The notes under the pieces were generated by a model. That model had not been told where the DNA came from. It searched no databases and was given only the letters and a program-made list of their open reading frames with translations. 64,000 nucleotides of DNA, taken from positions 28,210,001 to 28,274,000 of the forward strand of contig OZ241828.1 of NCBI GenBank assembly GCA_965202585.1, read 5' to 3'. The first letter of the stretch is position 1; every line of letters begins with the position of its first letter. The DNA is from Thalia democratica (taxonomy: Eukaryota). Below, piece by piece: positions 24,546-36,900 of this stretch. Position numbers and translations under genes: made by a program.

Positions 24546-27500
24546 AATTTTTTACTTTACCACATTTACAAGTGGTTTTAAAATTTGCAGATATTGCAGT
24601 TAAATTAAATTTAACTTAAGTCTTTATATTAAAGATCAATTAAATAAAAACGTAAATTTTACATTTATTTTATTTGCAATTTTTTCTGTCATTAGAGGCG
24701 TTTGATCACTACTCTTGAGCAGTTTTAGTTGAAATTTGTTATTATTTTAATATCAAGCAGTTTTAGATTTAGTTAAAAATATTAGCATAAGTAGTTTTAT
24801 TACGCTGTACCACTATGCTTCGCTTAGCGGTAGAGAGTTGCTTCCTTTTTTCTCATCTCTCAAATTATTAAATTTTATAAGCAGTTAATGCATTTGAAGG
24901 TGAGTTTTTGGGCTTTTTCTTTTGAGATTGCTATTGTAACTTTTACTTTAGTTTTGTGTTTTTTTTCTAAAGAGCAACCAATATACTTGTTAAATATCAT
25001 TACTAGCGTAACAAAGTCGATTGATTTTTTAACTTAGCCTGTTTAGCCGAAGTATTTTATTTTGTATTATTTAGCTAGTATAGTTTTGCGTGCTTTTACG
25101 CACACTAATCATTGTAAATATATTCTCAACTTACAGACTCGATTAAAGTTATATAAGTTATATAGGTTTTTTACGACCATATAAAACTACTTTTATTAAA
25201 CAGTAATATAAGTTCAATTAACACTTATAAACCTACTGTATTAATTAGCTAAGTCAGTCTAAACACTAGCTTAAGAATGAACTTCGTGTTTATTATATAC
25301 GAGCGCGTTATAGTCAGTAGACGGTTGAATGCTAGTAAAATAACTAGAAATTACGCAATTTTATTCTATCAATGGCTTCAAGTTAACACTAAAAAAACTA
25401 TTTTATTAACTTTTTTTTCGAAAATAAATTATATTGTGTTGATCCATATAGTTTAGTCAATATTATATGTATAACTAAATTTTTCATTTTAATGGTTAAC
25501 TATTATTTCTAACCCGATCATATCGAATCCAATTACTTTTATTCCGATCAGTAAAAATGCTACTATTTTTAGCCAAAACTAAAACTGCTTAAGACTTATA
25601 GTTAAACACCCATAGTGATACAACTAATTGCAAGCAAAATAGATTTTAGTTCGTATATTTTTATTATTTAATTTAACTAAAAAATCAATAACTTTTTAAG
25701 TTAAATTTAATTTAACTGCAATAGATTCAAATGTTATTAATCATCGTAATACTAAACAATAACATTAAACATCTTTATATTACAAAACTGCTAAGTTTTT
25801 TTTTATTAGTATTAAGGTTAATAAAAATCACTGTTAACTAAATACTGTAATATGAATAAAACTAAAACTAGAGTACGATTACGATTTGCCTTAAAAGTCA
25901 AACTAAGTGTCTTAAAATAAATTAAATAAATTATCAGCTTTTATTAATTGTCACTAAAACTAATCATTAAACTTTCTTAAAAATATTATGATAGTCTTTT
26001 AAAGCACTTAGTAGTGGTATCTAAGTAAAACGTGTGTTTTATATATTTTCTATTAATTTAAGTTGCGCTAATGTGTATATTACAAAGAAAAATCTTTTAT
26101 AATTTGTTCACTCACTTGTTATTTTGAGACATATTGTTAATTTATTTTTTGTTTGATTTGGCTGTGAGTTGCAGTGTGTTTTTGAGTCAATGATTTTTGC
26201 TGTTTAATCATATGAAAAAATATCATCAGGGACCCTAATCATTGTTGTTTGGGTATATTAGAATCACCCCGGGTCACTTTTTAGTGCACCAAGTTTCCTC
26301 ACCAACCCTTTTCATTCATCATGTATTCAAGATTATGAAGCAAAATTATTTTAATTTTGGTTTAAATGTAAACTGACCTTTCATAGCATATAAAAATTAA
26401 AAAGTTTTTTTAGTTCTACAATTAAAACACACCAGTAGACATTACTACTTAATAAATCTTAAACAAGTATAAAAAAAAATTTAATAAATTTGTCTTTGAA
26501 GTTTTTTGTCAGATAACAGCTGTTGATACATAAACTTATAATGTGTCGATTTTGAACGTGTCCCCTAGTAATATACGCACAATAGTAGTACCATTTGATA
26601 ATTTTTTCAATTAAAGTTTTCAGAAGAATGGTTTTGGTCGTACTACATTGAAGGCTTTCAATTTTTTTACACTTTATATTGCATAAGTATGGTTGTTATA
26701 TTAGTTTATTAAATCTAACTAAAGCCATTGTTATTATATTAGTACAAAACTGTAACATGATTAAAATTGCAATCAAATGCCTCTAGTGGTAAAAGTAGTT
26801 TGACACAAAATGAATGTTTAGATTTCTGTTTGTATATGAATATAAAAGTACTAATGATTAAAAGAAAGTCAAATATATTTTGATTACAGTGTCTAGTAAA
26901 TTTTAAAACCACTTGAAAAAGTGGTGAAATAAAAACTTATTAAGTCAAAATTACAGATAAAATTAAACTCATTTACAGATGTTTTTTAATTAATAGTTAT
27001 TAAATTAAAGATATAGTTAGTATATTTAGTATTTACATTATTTTTTTTTTTATTGTAATATATTTTATTAACAATTTTTGCTAATCTTAAAAAACAACAA
27101 TTTTCATAAAATGTAAGTCATTTAATTTTAATTAAAGTGTTTTTTGTAAGATTCCAAAATTATAAGTGTTAAACTTATTAAAAAAAAACTGTTTGAAATC
27201 ATGTTTCATTTAACATTCTGTAAACTCAAACTATATGTATAATTTTTAATGATATTATTTTTTTTAATAGTAAAGAACATGATGAAAAAGTTTTCATATC
27301 AAAAAATAATTGCCTGCAGACTTGTTAAAAAAATGTCTAACTAGGCCGAGTAAAATTGAAAACTTATTCCATTAATCGGTTTGAAAATTGTGTTATACAC
27401 ATATTGTTTTCCGTCCTGGACAAGACATTAAAAGTATCCAAGTGGTGTGCAACTTGATAACCGAAAGGTTTTTTCGTTCACCAGGTGCTAGGATCAAACA

Positions 27501-27939
27501 GTTTGAGCGCTTTTTTGGTCGTTCTATAACTTTAAAAATCCGAGAAATATTAGATAACAACTTTGGTAATTTTGGTAATTAGTGTTACATAAAACCATAC
27601 TACAAGTCCATGTTTTATAGGTAAGTATGGTTTTAGTTTTTATTTATACTTAGTCAGCAATTCTAAGAAGATATTGTCAACCTCATATAACGTGTTTAAT
27701 TTCAAAACGACTTACAAGAGTGGTAAACTAGAAAATTCTGTAATTAAATATTTTAAAAAATAAACGGAATAAAAAAGCCTTTTTCTACTAATAAAAATTT
27801 AGTCATAGTAAAGCATTCAGTGGGTGATTTAATATTTTAACTGTTTTTTTTATTTATTTAGGGTTTACTTTACTTTTATTTTATTCTGATTTTTAATGCT
27901 AACTATGTTAATATACATGATACTTACCGCGAGGTAGCA

Positions 27940-28260
27940 CTTTACTATCATTGTTACCCCTAACCTTTATACTCGGTCAGTAACTTTTTTTCTTTTTCGA
28001 TTTTTTTTTATTTATCCCTTAGTCTTTTTTTCTCTTTTACATATTTTTTTTCTGTATTTTTTTTACTCTCGTGCAAAAATGTAACTCTTGCAAAATTTTC
28101 CCTTGAAGTAAAATTGTCTTCGTGCAATTTTGTACCCTCGTGCAAATTTGTCTTCATGCAAAACTATCTTTGTGCAATTTTATCTTCGTGCAATTTAGTC
28201 CCATCTTACAGTTAAGTAAACTCGTGCAACTTTGTCGTCGTGCAATTTAGACCGGTTCCC
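27940..28260. mobile_element. Putative non-autonomous element with internal ~17-bp tandem repeats (CTTCGTGCAATTTTGT-like) and a CCCTAACC motif
   Basis: About 9 CGTGCAA-type units at 28069-28250, ending accggttccc. Layout resembles Helentron/DINE-like satellite-bearing elements; the superfamily assignment is inference. Confidence 0.4.
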
Positions 28261-28650
28261 ACCTTAACAACCATGATCATTCTCTTGATGATCATAGTTA
28301 CCGTAACAACTTTAGTGTTTTACAAAGTTTCCTTAGCAACCCTTGTTGTTCTCTGAGCGTTTAAACATGCCTTAGCAACCATGGTTAATTTCTTAATGAT
28401 CATAGTTACCTTAATAACTCTTCTCGTCTTCTTGATGATCATAGTTACTTTAACAACCTAGGTAAACCTCTTTTTTATCGTAGTAACCTTAGCAACCCTG
28501 ATCATACCCTTGATGATCATAGTTACCTTAGCAAACCTGGCCATTTTCTTGGTGCACATAGTTTCCATACCAACCTTGTTTAACTTTTGGTGCTCAAAAT
28601 TTACTTACAAACCATGGTCTTCCTTTTTGGTGCGAATATCTTTTTACCAA
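28261..28650 (-). repeat. 39-bp minisatellite array 4, inverted relative to the other arrays
   Basis: Reads tgatcatagttaccttaacaacc..., the reverse complement of the consensus. Confidence 0.9.
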
Positions 28651-31600
28651 ACTTATTAATCCATTATATATTGAAGATTATTAAAAAAAATTCTCAGATT
28701 TTGTTTAAAATGTAAACTAAGTTTCTACAGCACATAAAATAAAAAAGTTATTTTAGTTCTACAATTAAAACAACCTAAAGGTTTTAGATTTTAATAAAAT
28801 TTAAACAAGTATACAAAAAAATATTTAATATGTATTTGAAGTTGTTCGTCAGATAATAGCTGTTGATAGATAAACTTGTAATATACGCACAAAAGTAATA
28901 CCGTTTGATAATTTTTACGAGTAAAGTATTTTGAAGAAATACTTTTATAATGTTGCCCAAAAGGCATTCCATTTATTTACACTTAAAATTTGCACATAAT
29001 ATGTTCGTTTTATTAATTTATCAAGACTAACTAAAACCGTTATAAGTAAGTAAAATTAAAACTTCGATACAATTAGAATCGCAATCAAACACCTCTAGTG
29101 GTTAAAGTAGTTTCAAACAAAATGAGTTTTTAAATTTTAGTTTGTATATAACCGCCATTATGATAATAAAAACAAAATCAAACATGTATTGTTTACAAAA
29201 TCAGGTAAATTTAAATACCACTTATATAGTGGTGAAGCACTAACTCATTAAATTAAAAATTATAAATAAAATAAAACCTTTTATATAAAGTTAATGAAAA
29301 TATTTTATACACTTAACGTTTAAATGATAAAAAATAAAAAAATTTAATATATTTTATTAACATTATTTTCATTACTTTTTAATCTATCAAACAATAAATT
29401 TTATATAATGTTAGTCATGTAAAATTTTATATAACTTTAAGTTAAATGTTTCTTAAAATGCTTCCAAAACTAAAAGTTTGACATTTTTTATTGTTTTAAA
29501 AACAATCTTTCAGATACTATCACTTTAAACAAACATATTGTATTTAGATTTATTAGCAGAAATATTTAGATCTTTATTCTAATATTAATAAAGTTAAGAA
29601 AATTTGTTCATGCACACTTTAGAAATTCATAAGAAAATACAACACTGCTTTTAGTCAATCGAAGTTTAAATTCTTTACGAAGTGGTTTTAAAATAAAATA
29701 TATAAATAATAAAGTTGTTTTAGTTCTACAATTAAAACACATCAGTAGGTTTTACTATAAAAATATAGTTTTTGAAAGAAACTTCTTAAAATTTAACGTT
29801 TCTCAATATAAATTTACTATACAATTTTTTTTTAAGAATATTGCTATTTATAAGAAGTACATAAAAGTAATAAAAGTGTATTTTCAGTTGCTAATTGTTC
29901 ATTATATTCTAGCTAATCTATACACAAAGTCCATTATTAATAGACTAAAACTGAAACTTTTGTATGGTTTTGAGTTGCAATAAAATGTCCCTAGTGTCTA
30001 TAGTTGAGCAAAAAAAAATTAACTAGTTTTTAGTTCATATTCATATTTATTCAGTGTTGAAAAATCTAAATTGAAATTTTGTGGTCACAGTATCTGTGTA
30101 ATTTTATAAAGCACTGAATAAAACATTACTGAATAAAGCATTACTAGAATTTTTGGTTTAGATTTAAACATAACTAATCATTAAAGTTAAAGTTTTCTGT
30201 AAAATAGTTTGATTAAAAAATTATGTTTTTAAACTCTTTGATCACAATTTGTACTTATGTTAGCCATTAACAATAGCTAAATAAAGTTAAACATTTTATA
30301 ACCTTTTTTTAAACAAGCCACGACTGAAACTACAAATACTTATTCAATTTGTAAAACACTTAAAAATTGATGGTAATAAATCACTGATTTTTATAAGACC
30401 TTTTTTTTCTTTTGGTCCACTAATTTAGCATGAAAAATTTAATTAGTTCTAATTTACTTTCTTAAAAGTTTCTTAGCTACTAATACTTTAAACAAATATA
30501 CTGTATTTAGATTCATTAAGTGAAACATTTAGAACTTTGTTCTATATAAATAAAGTTAAAATGATTATGTTTTTGTCAACTTTAAACGTAAATAAAAAAA
30601 TTAAACATTGGTTTTAGTCAATTAGAACTTAAATTCTTCTCAAAGTAACTACAATAAAATATTAAAATAAAGTTTTTGTAAGAAACTACTGAATTTTTAA
30701 CGTGTCTTAACAAAAATTTACTACTTAAAATAGTTGTTTATAATTCTACTATCAGTAAGAATTACAAGTAACCAAAGTTGGTTTTTTGTTGCTAATAGTT
30801 AATTATATTTGAGCTGACTACTTATCTAGAGTAAAACTAAGTCCATTATTAGTTGACTAAAACTAAAACTTTGGCATGGTTAAGAGCTGAAATGAAATGC
30901 CTCTAGTGTTTATAGTTGCGCAGAAAAGAATTGACTAAAATTCTAGTTCATATTCATATTTATCAGTATTTACAAGTATTAAGTTAAATTTGTAGAGAAG
31001 ACAGTATCTGTGTAACTTTAAAACCACTTATAAAGTGGTAAACTAAAAACTCATTTAATTAAAAATTTCAAAACGGATAATGATAAAAAACGTGTTCTAA
31101 TAATAAAAAATATCAATGTAGAACATTCAGTGGGTGAAAACGCCTCTAGTGTCAGTAGTTGCATACAAAATATTTAAGTACAATTTTAGCTTATATTCAT
31201 ATTTAGATTATTTTTAGGAATTATTTACAAATTTAACTTTGATTATGTCATTTTCAACCTGTGTAAATTTTAAAACCTCTTGAAAAATTGATGAAATAGA
31301 AAACCATGAAATTTAATAATTAGAAAAAGAATGGAAATAAATAAGTCTTTTTCTATCAATAATAATTGTATACTAGAAAAAAGTTTTATTAGGTGATTTA
31401 GTGTTATAGCTATTTTTTATTGAAGTAAAACTAGTCATTACTTTTATTTCAATCTGATGTTTAACGTTGTCTACGTTAATATACTTACGGAGAGGTAACA
31501 CTAAGAAAACTAGTAAAAGTGTAGACTTTGGTTTTACACAATAGTAATATAGGTTTTAATAAAAGTCATTTAACAGATTAAAGTAACTATTGAACCATTT

Positions 31601-33459
31601 ACTTAACTTTTTATAACAAAGTTTGTTAAAAAGTATTACAAACTAATGTTTTCATTAGTTTTTACAAATAAGTTTTGCTTTTAATTTTTACACCTTGTGC
31701 AACAGATTTTATGGCAAACTAGTTCACAATTTATAACTATAAACCAATTACTTATAAAAGTCAAGCGTGCTTTCCAATACAGTGTTCGAACTTTTTAATT
31801 TCTGATTATTTTTAAACTAATTAAGTTCTGTTGTTAAAATACTTTATAGCACAAAATATTTTTTTAGTTAATTTTTACAGTTTTAAATAAAATATTTAAA
31901 GTTAATATTTAATTTGACTTATCTAGGTAAGCTTAAACATTGAGTTTTAGTTTTATTCTGCTAAAGAGTATAAATTACAAGTTTGATTGTATGATAAAAT
32001 AAAGTTTTATAAAAAAACGTTTGTATATATTAAATTTGCAGTGATTTTAGTGTGCTATATGTAGTGATTTAGCTTAAACAAAGCATTATTAGTAATAAAA
32101 CTATAATGATTTTCTTTTTATTATTAATGTTAATTTTAAGTGATATGTCTACCTATGCTTTGGAACAATTTTAAATATTTACTGTATTATTAACTATATC
32201 ACTTATACCAATTAAATTAACAAAAACAAGCTTTAATTATAATCGGTAAGAATTCTACTAACTTCACATTTATAGAATACTTATCAAAACATTACTAACA
32301 CCTTTTGTTTCGATTTAAACATAACTAATCATTTAAGTTAAAGTTTTCTATAAAAAACATTGTTATAAGTTTTTTTGTTTTATTTTTTTTATCACAATAT
32401 GTAGTTATGCTAGCCATTAAAAAAAAAGGACTAAATATCGTTAAAAATTTTACAGCGTATTGTTTTAAGAACCACAACTGGAACTGCAAATACTTATTCA
32501 ATTTGTATTTGCAGTTGTACAACTGTTCGCAGTTGTACAACATTCAGAAGTGAATGGTAATAAACCACAAATTTCGGTAAAATATTTTCTTTATTTTGGT
32601 GCATTGATCTTGTATGAAAAATATGATTGGTCTTTAACTTATTTTATTGATATTTCCTTAGATACTGTTACATTAAAAAATATATTTTATTTAGAATTAT
32701 TAACTGATATCTTTAGAATTTTATTCTATATAAATAAAATTAAAATGATTTGATTATGTACACTTTAAAATTACGTAAAAAATCAAACCACTGCTTTTAG
32801 TCAACCGGAGCTTAAACTCATCTTAAATTTATTACAATAAAATAAAGAAATATAGTTTTTGAAGGAAACTATAAAAATTTCAACGTTTCTCAAGAAAAAT
32901 ATACTGCTTAAAATTGTTATTGATAAATTTTATTATTAATAAAAACTACATAAAAAAAAACGAAGTTCATTTTTCTCGGTTAGTAGTTCAGGTTAGTAGT
33001 AGCTGACTACTAATCTATACAATAAGTCCATCAAAAAATTGACTAAAGCTAAAACTTTGGCATAGTTAAAAGCTGCAATGAAATGACTCTAGTGTCTGTA
33101 GTTGTGCAGAAAATAATTGACTAAAATTTTAGTTCAAGATCATTTTTAGTCAGCATTTACAAAATCAAAATTCAAATTTTCGTGGTCACAGTACCTGTGT
33201 AATTTTAAAACCACTTATAAAAGTGGTAAAATGGAAACTCATTTCATCAAATAAACAGAAAACTTAAAATGATAAAAATCTATTTTCTACTGATAATAAA
33301 TAAACCAACTAGATTAAACACTCAGTTAGTGATTTTGTTTTTTAGACTGCTATTTGTTTTTTTTTTAATTTGAAGGTGAAAATAGTCTTTGCTTTGGCAT
33401 TTTGTTGATGTTTGGTGAAATAACAGTAACCTGCTGCTTTCATTTTATAACACAGTTGA

Positions 33460-33950
33460 TCAGGTAACTACTATCACCAAGAAGTCATATTATTTGTTAA
33501 AGTAACAATTATCACCAAGAGAATGATCAAGCTTGTTATGGTAACTATGATCACCAAAAGAGTCATATTGTTCGTTAAGGTAAAAATGATCATCAAGCGT
33601 ATGATCAGGGTTGTTAACATAACAATGATCAACAAGAGAATGATAAGGGTTGTTAAGGTGACTATTATCACCAAGAGAATGATCAGGGTTGTTAAGGTAG
33701 CTATCATCATCAAGAGAATGATCATGGTCGTTAAGGTAACAATGATCATCGAGAGATTCTTCAGGTTTGTTAAGGTAACTATGATCATTAAGAGAATGAT
33801 AAGGTTGTTAAGGTAACTATAAACATCAAGAAGATTATCAGGATTTTTAAGTTAACTAAGATCTTCAAAAGGATGACCAATCTTGTTAAGGAAAGTATGA
33901 TCATTAAGAGGATTACCAAGGGTGGTAAAAAACTATGAGCACTCAGAGAA
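33460..33950 (+). repeat. 39-bp minisatellite array 5
   Basis: Consensus units. Confidence 0.9.
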
Positions 33951-36900
33951 TTTTCTATGTTACCACTTTTACAAGTGGTTTTAAACTTTGCAGATATTGC
34001 AGTCAAATTAAATTTAACTTAAGTCTTTATATTTAAGATCAATTATATAAATACATAAACTTTACACTTATTTTATTTGCAATTATTTATGTCGTTAGAG
34101 GCGTTTGATCACTACTCTTAAGCAGTTTTGGTAAAGTTAGAAATGTTAGCATAAGTTGTTTTTTTACGCTGTACCACTATGCTGCGGTTAACGGTAGAGA
34201 GTTGCTTCCTTTTGTTCTCTTCTCTCAAATTATTTTATTTTGTAACCAGTAAATGCATTTGAAGATGACTTTTTGGGCTTTTTCTGTCGAGGTTCCTTTT
34301 TGTTTTTGCTTTAGTTTTGGGTTTGTTTTTTATATGCAAGCATGTATTTTTTGTTAAACATCATTACTAGCGTAACGATAACAATCGTTTTTAACTTAAG
34401 TTGTTTAGCTCAAGTATTTTATTTAATATTATTGAGCTAGTATAGTTTGTTGTATTTTTTCGCACATTAATCATTGTAAATAATATAGGTTATTTACGGC
34501 CTTATAAAACTACTTTAATTAAACAATAGTCTAAGTTCAATTAACACTTATAAACCTATTATATTAATTAGCTAAGTCAGTCTAAACATTAGCTTAAGAA
34601 TGAACTTCGTATTTAATTACATACTAGTGCGTTATAGTCAGTAGCCGTCAGGCTAGCGTTACATATATAACTAAGCATTTATCTTAAGACGGTTTAACGC
34701 TAGTAAAATAACTAGAATTTACGCAATTCTATTCTATCAATGGCTTCACTTTACACTAAAAAAGCTATTTCATTAACTTTTTTATGAAAATAAGTTATAT
34801 TGTGTTGATCCATACAGTTTAGTTAATATTATATATTTAACTAAATATTTCATTTTACTGGTTTACATTTATATTTATCGTGATCATTTCCAACCCGATA
34901 ATATCGAATTCAATTATTTTTATCCCGATCAGTAAAAATTGCTATTATTTTTAGCCAAAACAAAAACTGTTTAAAACTTATAGTTAAACGCCCCTAGTGA
35001 TACAACTAGTTGCACACAAAATAAATTTTAATTTGTATATTTTTATTCATTAGTATAAGTTATTAAGTTCAATTCGATTTTACTGCAATATATTCAAATG
35101 CTATTAATCATCATATTATTAAACAATAACATTAAACATATTTATATTACTGCTAAGTTTTTTTTATTAGTAGTAAAATTAATAAAAACCACTGTTAACT
35201 AAACACTGTGTATGATTAAATTAAAACTAGAGTACGATTACTATTTCCTTAAAAGTCAAACTAAGTATCTTTAAATAAATTAAATAAATTAATAGCTTTT
35301 ATTAATTGTCACTAAAACTAATCATTAAACTTTCTTAAATATATTATGATAGTCTTTTAAAGCAGTTAGTAGTGATATCTAAGTCAAACGTGTGTTTAAT
35401 TTTTTTTTCAGTTTATTAAAGTTGCGCTAATGTGTATATTACAAAAAAATATATTTTATAATATGTTTACTCACTTGTTATTTTTTAACTTACTTTTTGT
35501 TTGATTTGGCTGTGAGATGCAGTGTGTTTTTGAGTCAATGAGTTGTTGCTGTTTAATGATATGTAGAAAGATCAGCAGGATCCTTGTTGTTTGTACTGCA
35601 TAACAACCAACCCAAGTCACTTTTTCAGTGCCCCAAGTTTCCTCACCCACCCTTTTCATTCATTATATATTCAAAGTTATGAAGTAAATCTATTTGAATT
35701 TGGTTAAATTGTAAACTGACTATTAATAGCATATAAAAAAATGTTTTAATTCTTCAATTGAAACAATCTAAAGGTTTTACAACTTAATAAAATTTAAACA
35801 AGTATACAAAATAATAGTTAACATGTATTTGAATTCGTTTGTCAGGTAACAGCTATTGATAGATAAACTTATAACATACGTATAGAAGTAATATCGTTTT
35901 ATAATTTTTTTAAGTAAGATTTTTGAAGAAATGCTTTTTGTAGTATTGCCTAGAAGGCATTACAATTATTCAAAGTTTCACAAATCCTGTTTGTTTTATT
36001 AGTTTATTAAATCTTATTAAAGCTGTTATTATCAACTAAAAACAAAACTGCAAAACTATTAAAATTGCAACCAAATGCCTCTAGTGGTAAAATTAGTTTG
36101 ACACAAAATGAGTGTTTAACTTTCAGTTTGTATATATGCATATGAGAGCACTAATGAAAGAAAGAAAGTTAAAAAATTTTTGATTACACTATCTAGCAAA
36201 TTTTAAAACCACTTGAAAAAGTGGTAAAGCAAAGATTATAAAGTTAGAAATTATAAATAAAAACAAATATATTTTAAGTTTTTCCACAATAATAAATTAT
36301 CAAGTTGAATAAAAAAAATATATGTTAAATATTTATATAATATAAAGATTTTTTCGAAATATTGTATTTTATATTATCAATCGTTTCTGAAGTTGAGAAA
36401 AAATAATTTTTTTATAATGTAAGTCGTTACAAAATATGTTAAAAAGTTTTATTAACTTTTTTTTAAAGTTTTAAATTAAATAAGTTTTGCTTTTTTTATT
36501 TATTAAATTTTATGCATAGCACAAAATAACTGGTGGTTCACTACTTTTGGATATAAGAATCTGAAATATTCGTTTATAAAAGTGACGTGAGTTTTATTAC
36601 AGTTTGCAGTGTTTTTTAAGACTGATAGTTTTAAAACTAATTGAGTCCTGTTGTTAAAAAAACTTCTTATTGAATAAGATTTTAGTTGGTAGTTTAATTT
36701 TACAGTCATAGATAGAATAATCTAAGTTTGTACTTAATTAAACTTATTAAATAAAGCTTAAATGTTGAGTTTTAGTTTTGATATGCTAAAGAATATAAAT
36801 TACAAGTTTAACTATACGATAAAACAAACTTTAAGAAAAACGTTTATATATATAAATTTGCAGTGATTTCTAGTGTACAATATGTAGTGGTTTAGCTTGA

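Noticed and set aside
27920-27930. U1 snRNA (ATACTTACC)
   Set aside because: The match ends after 9 nt; there are no U1 stem-loops or Sm site.
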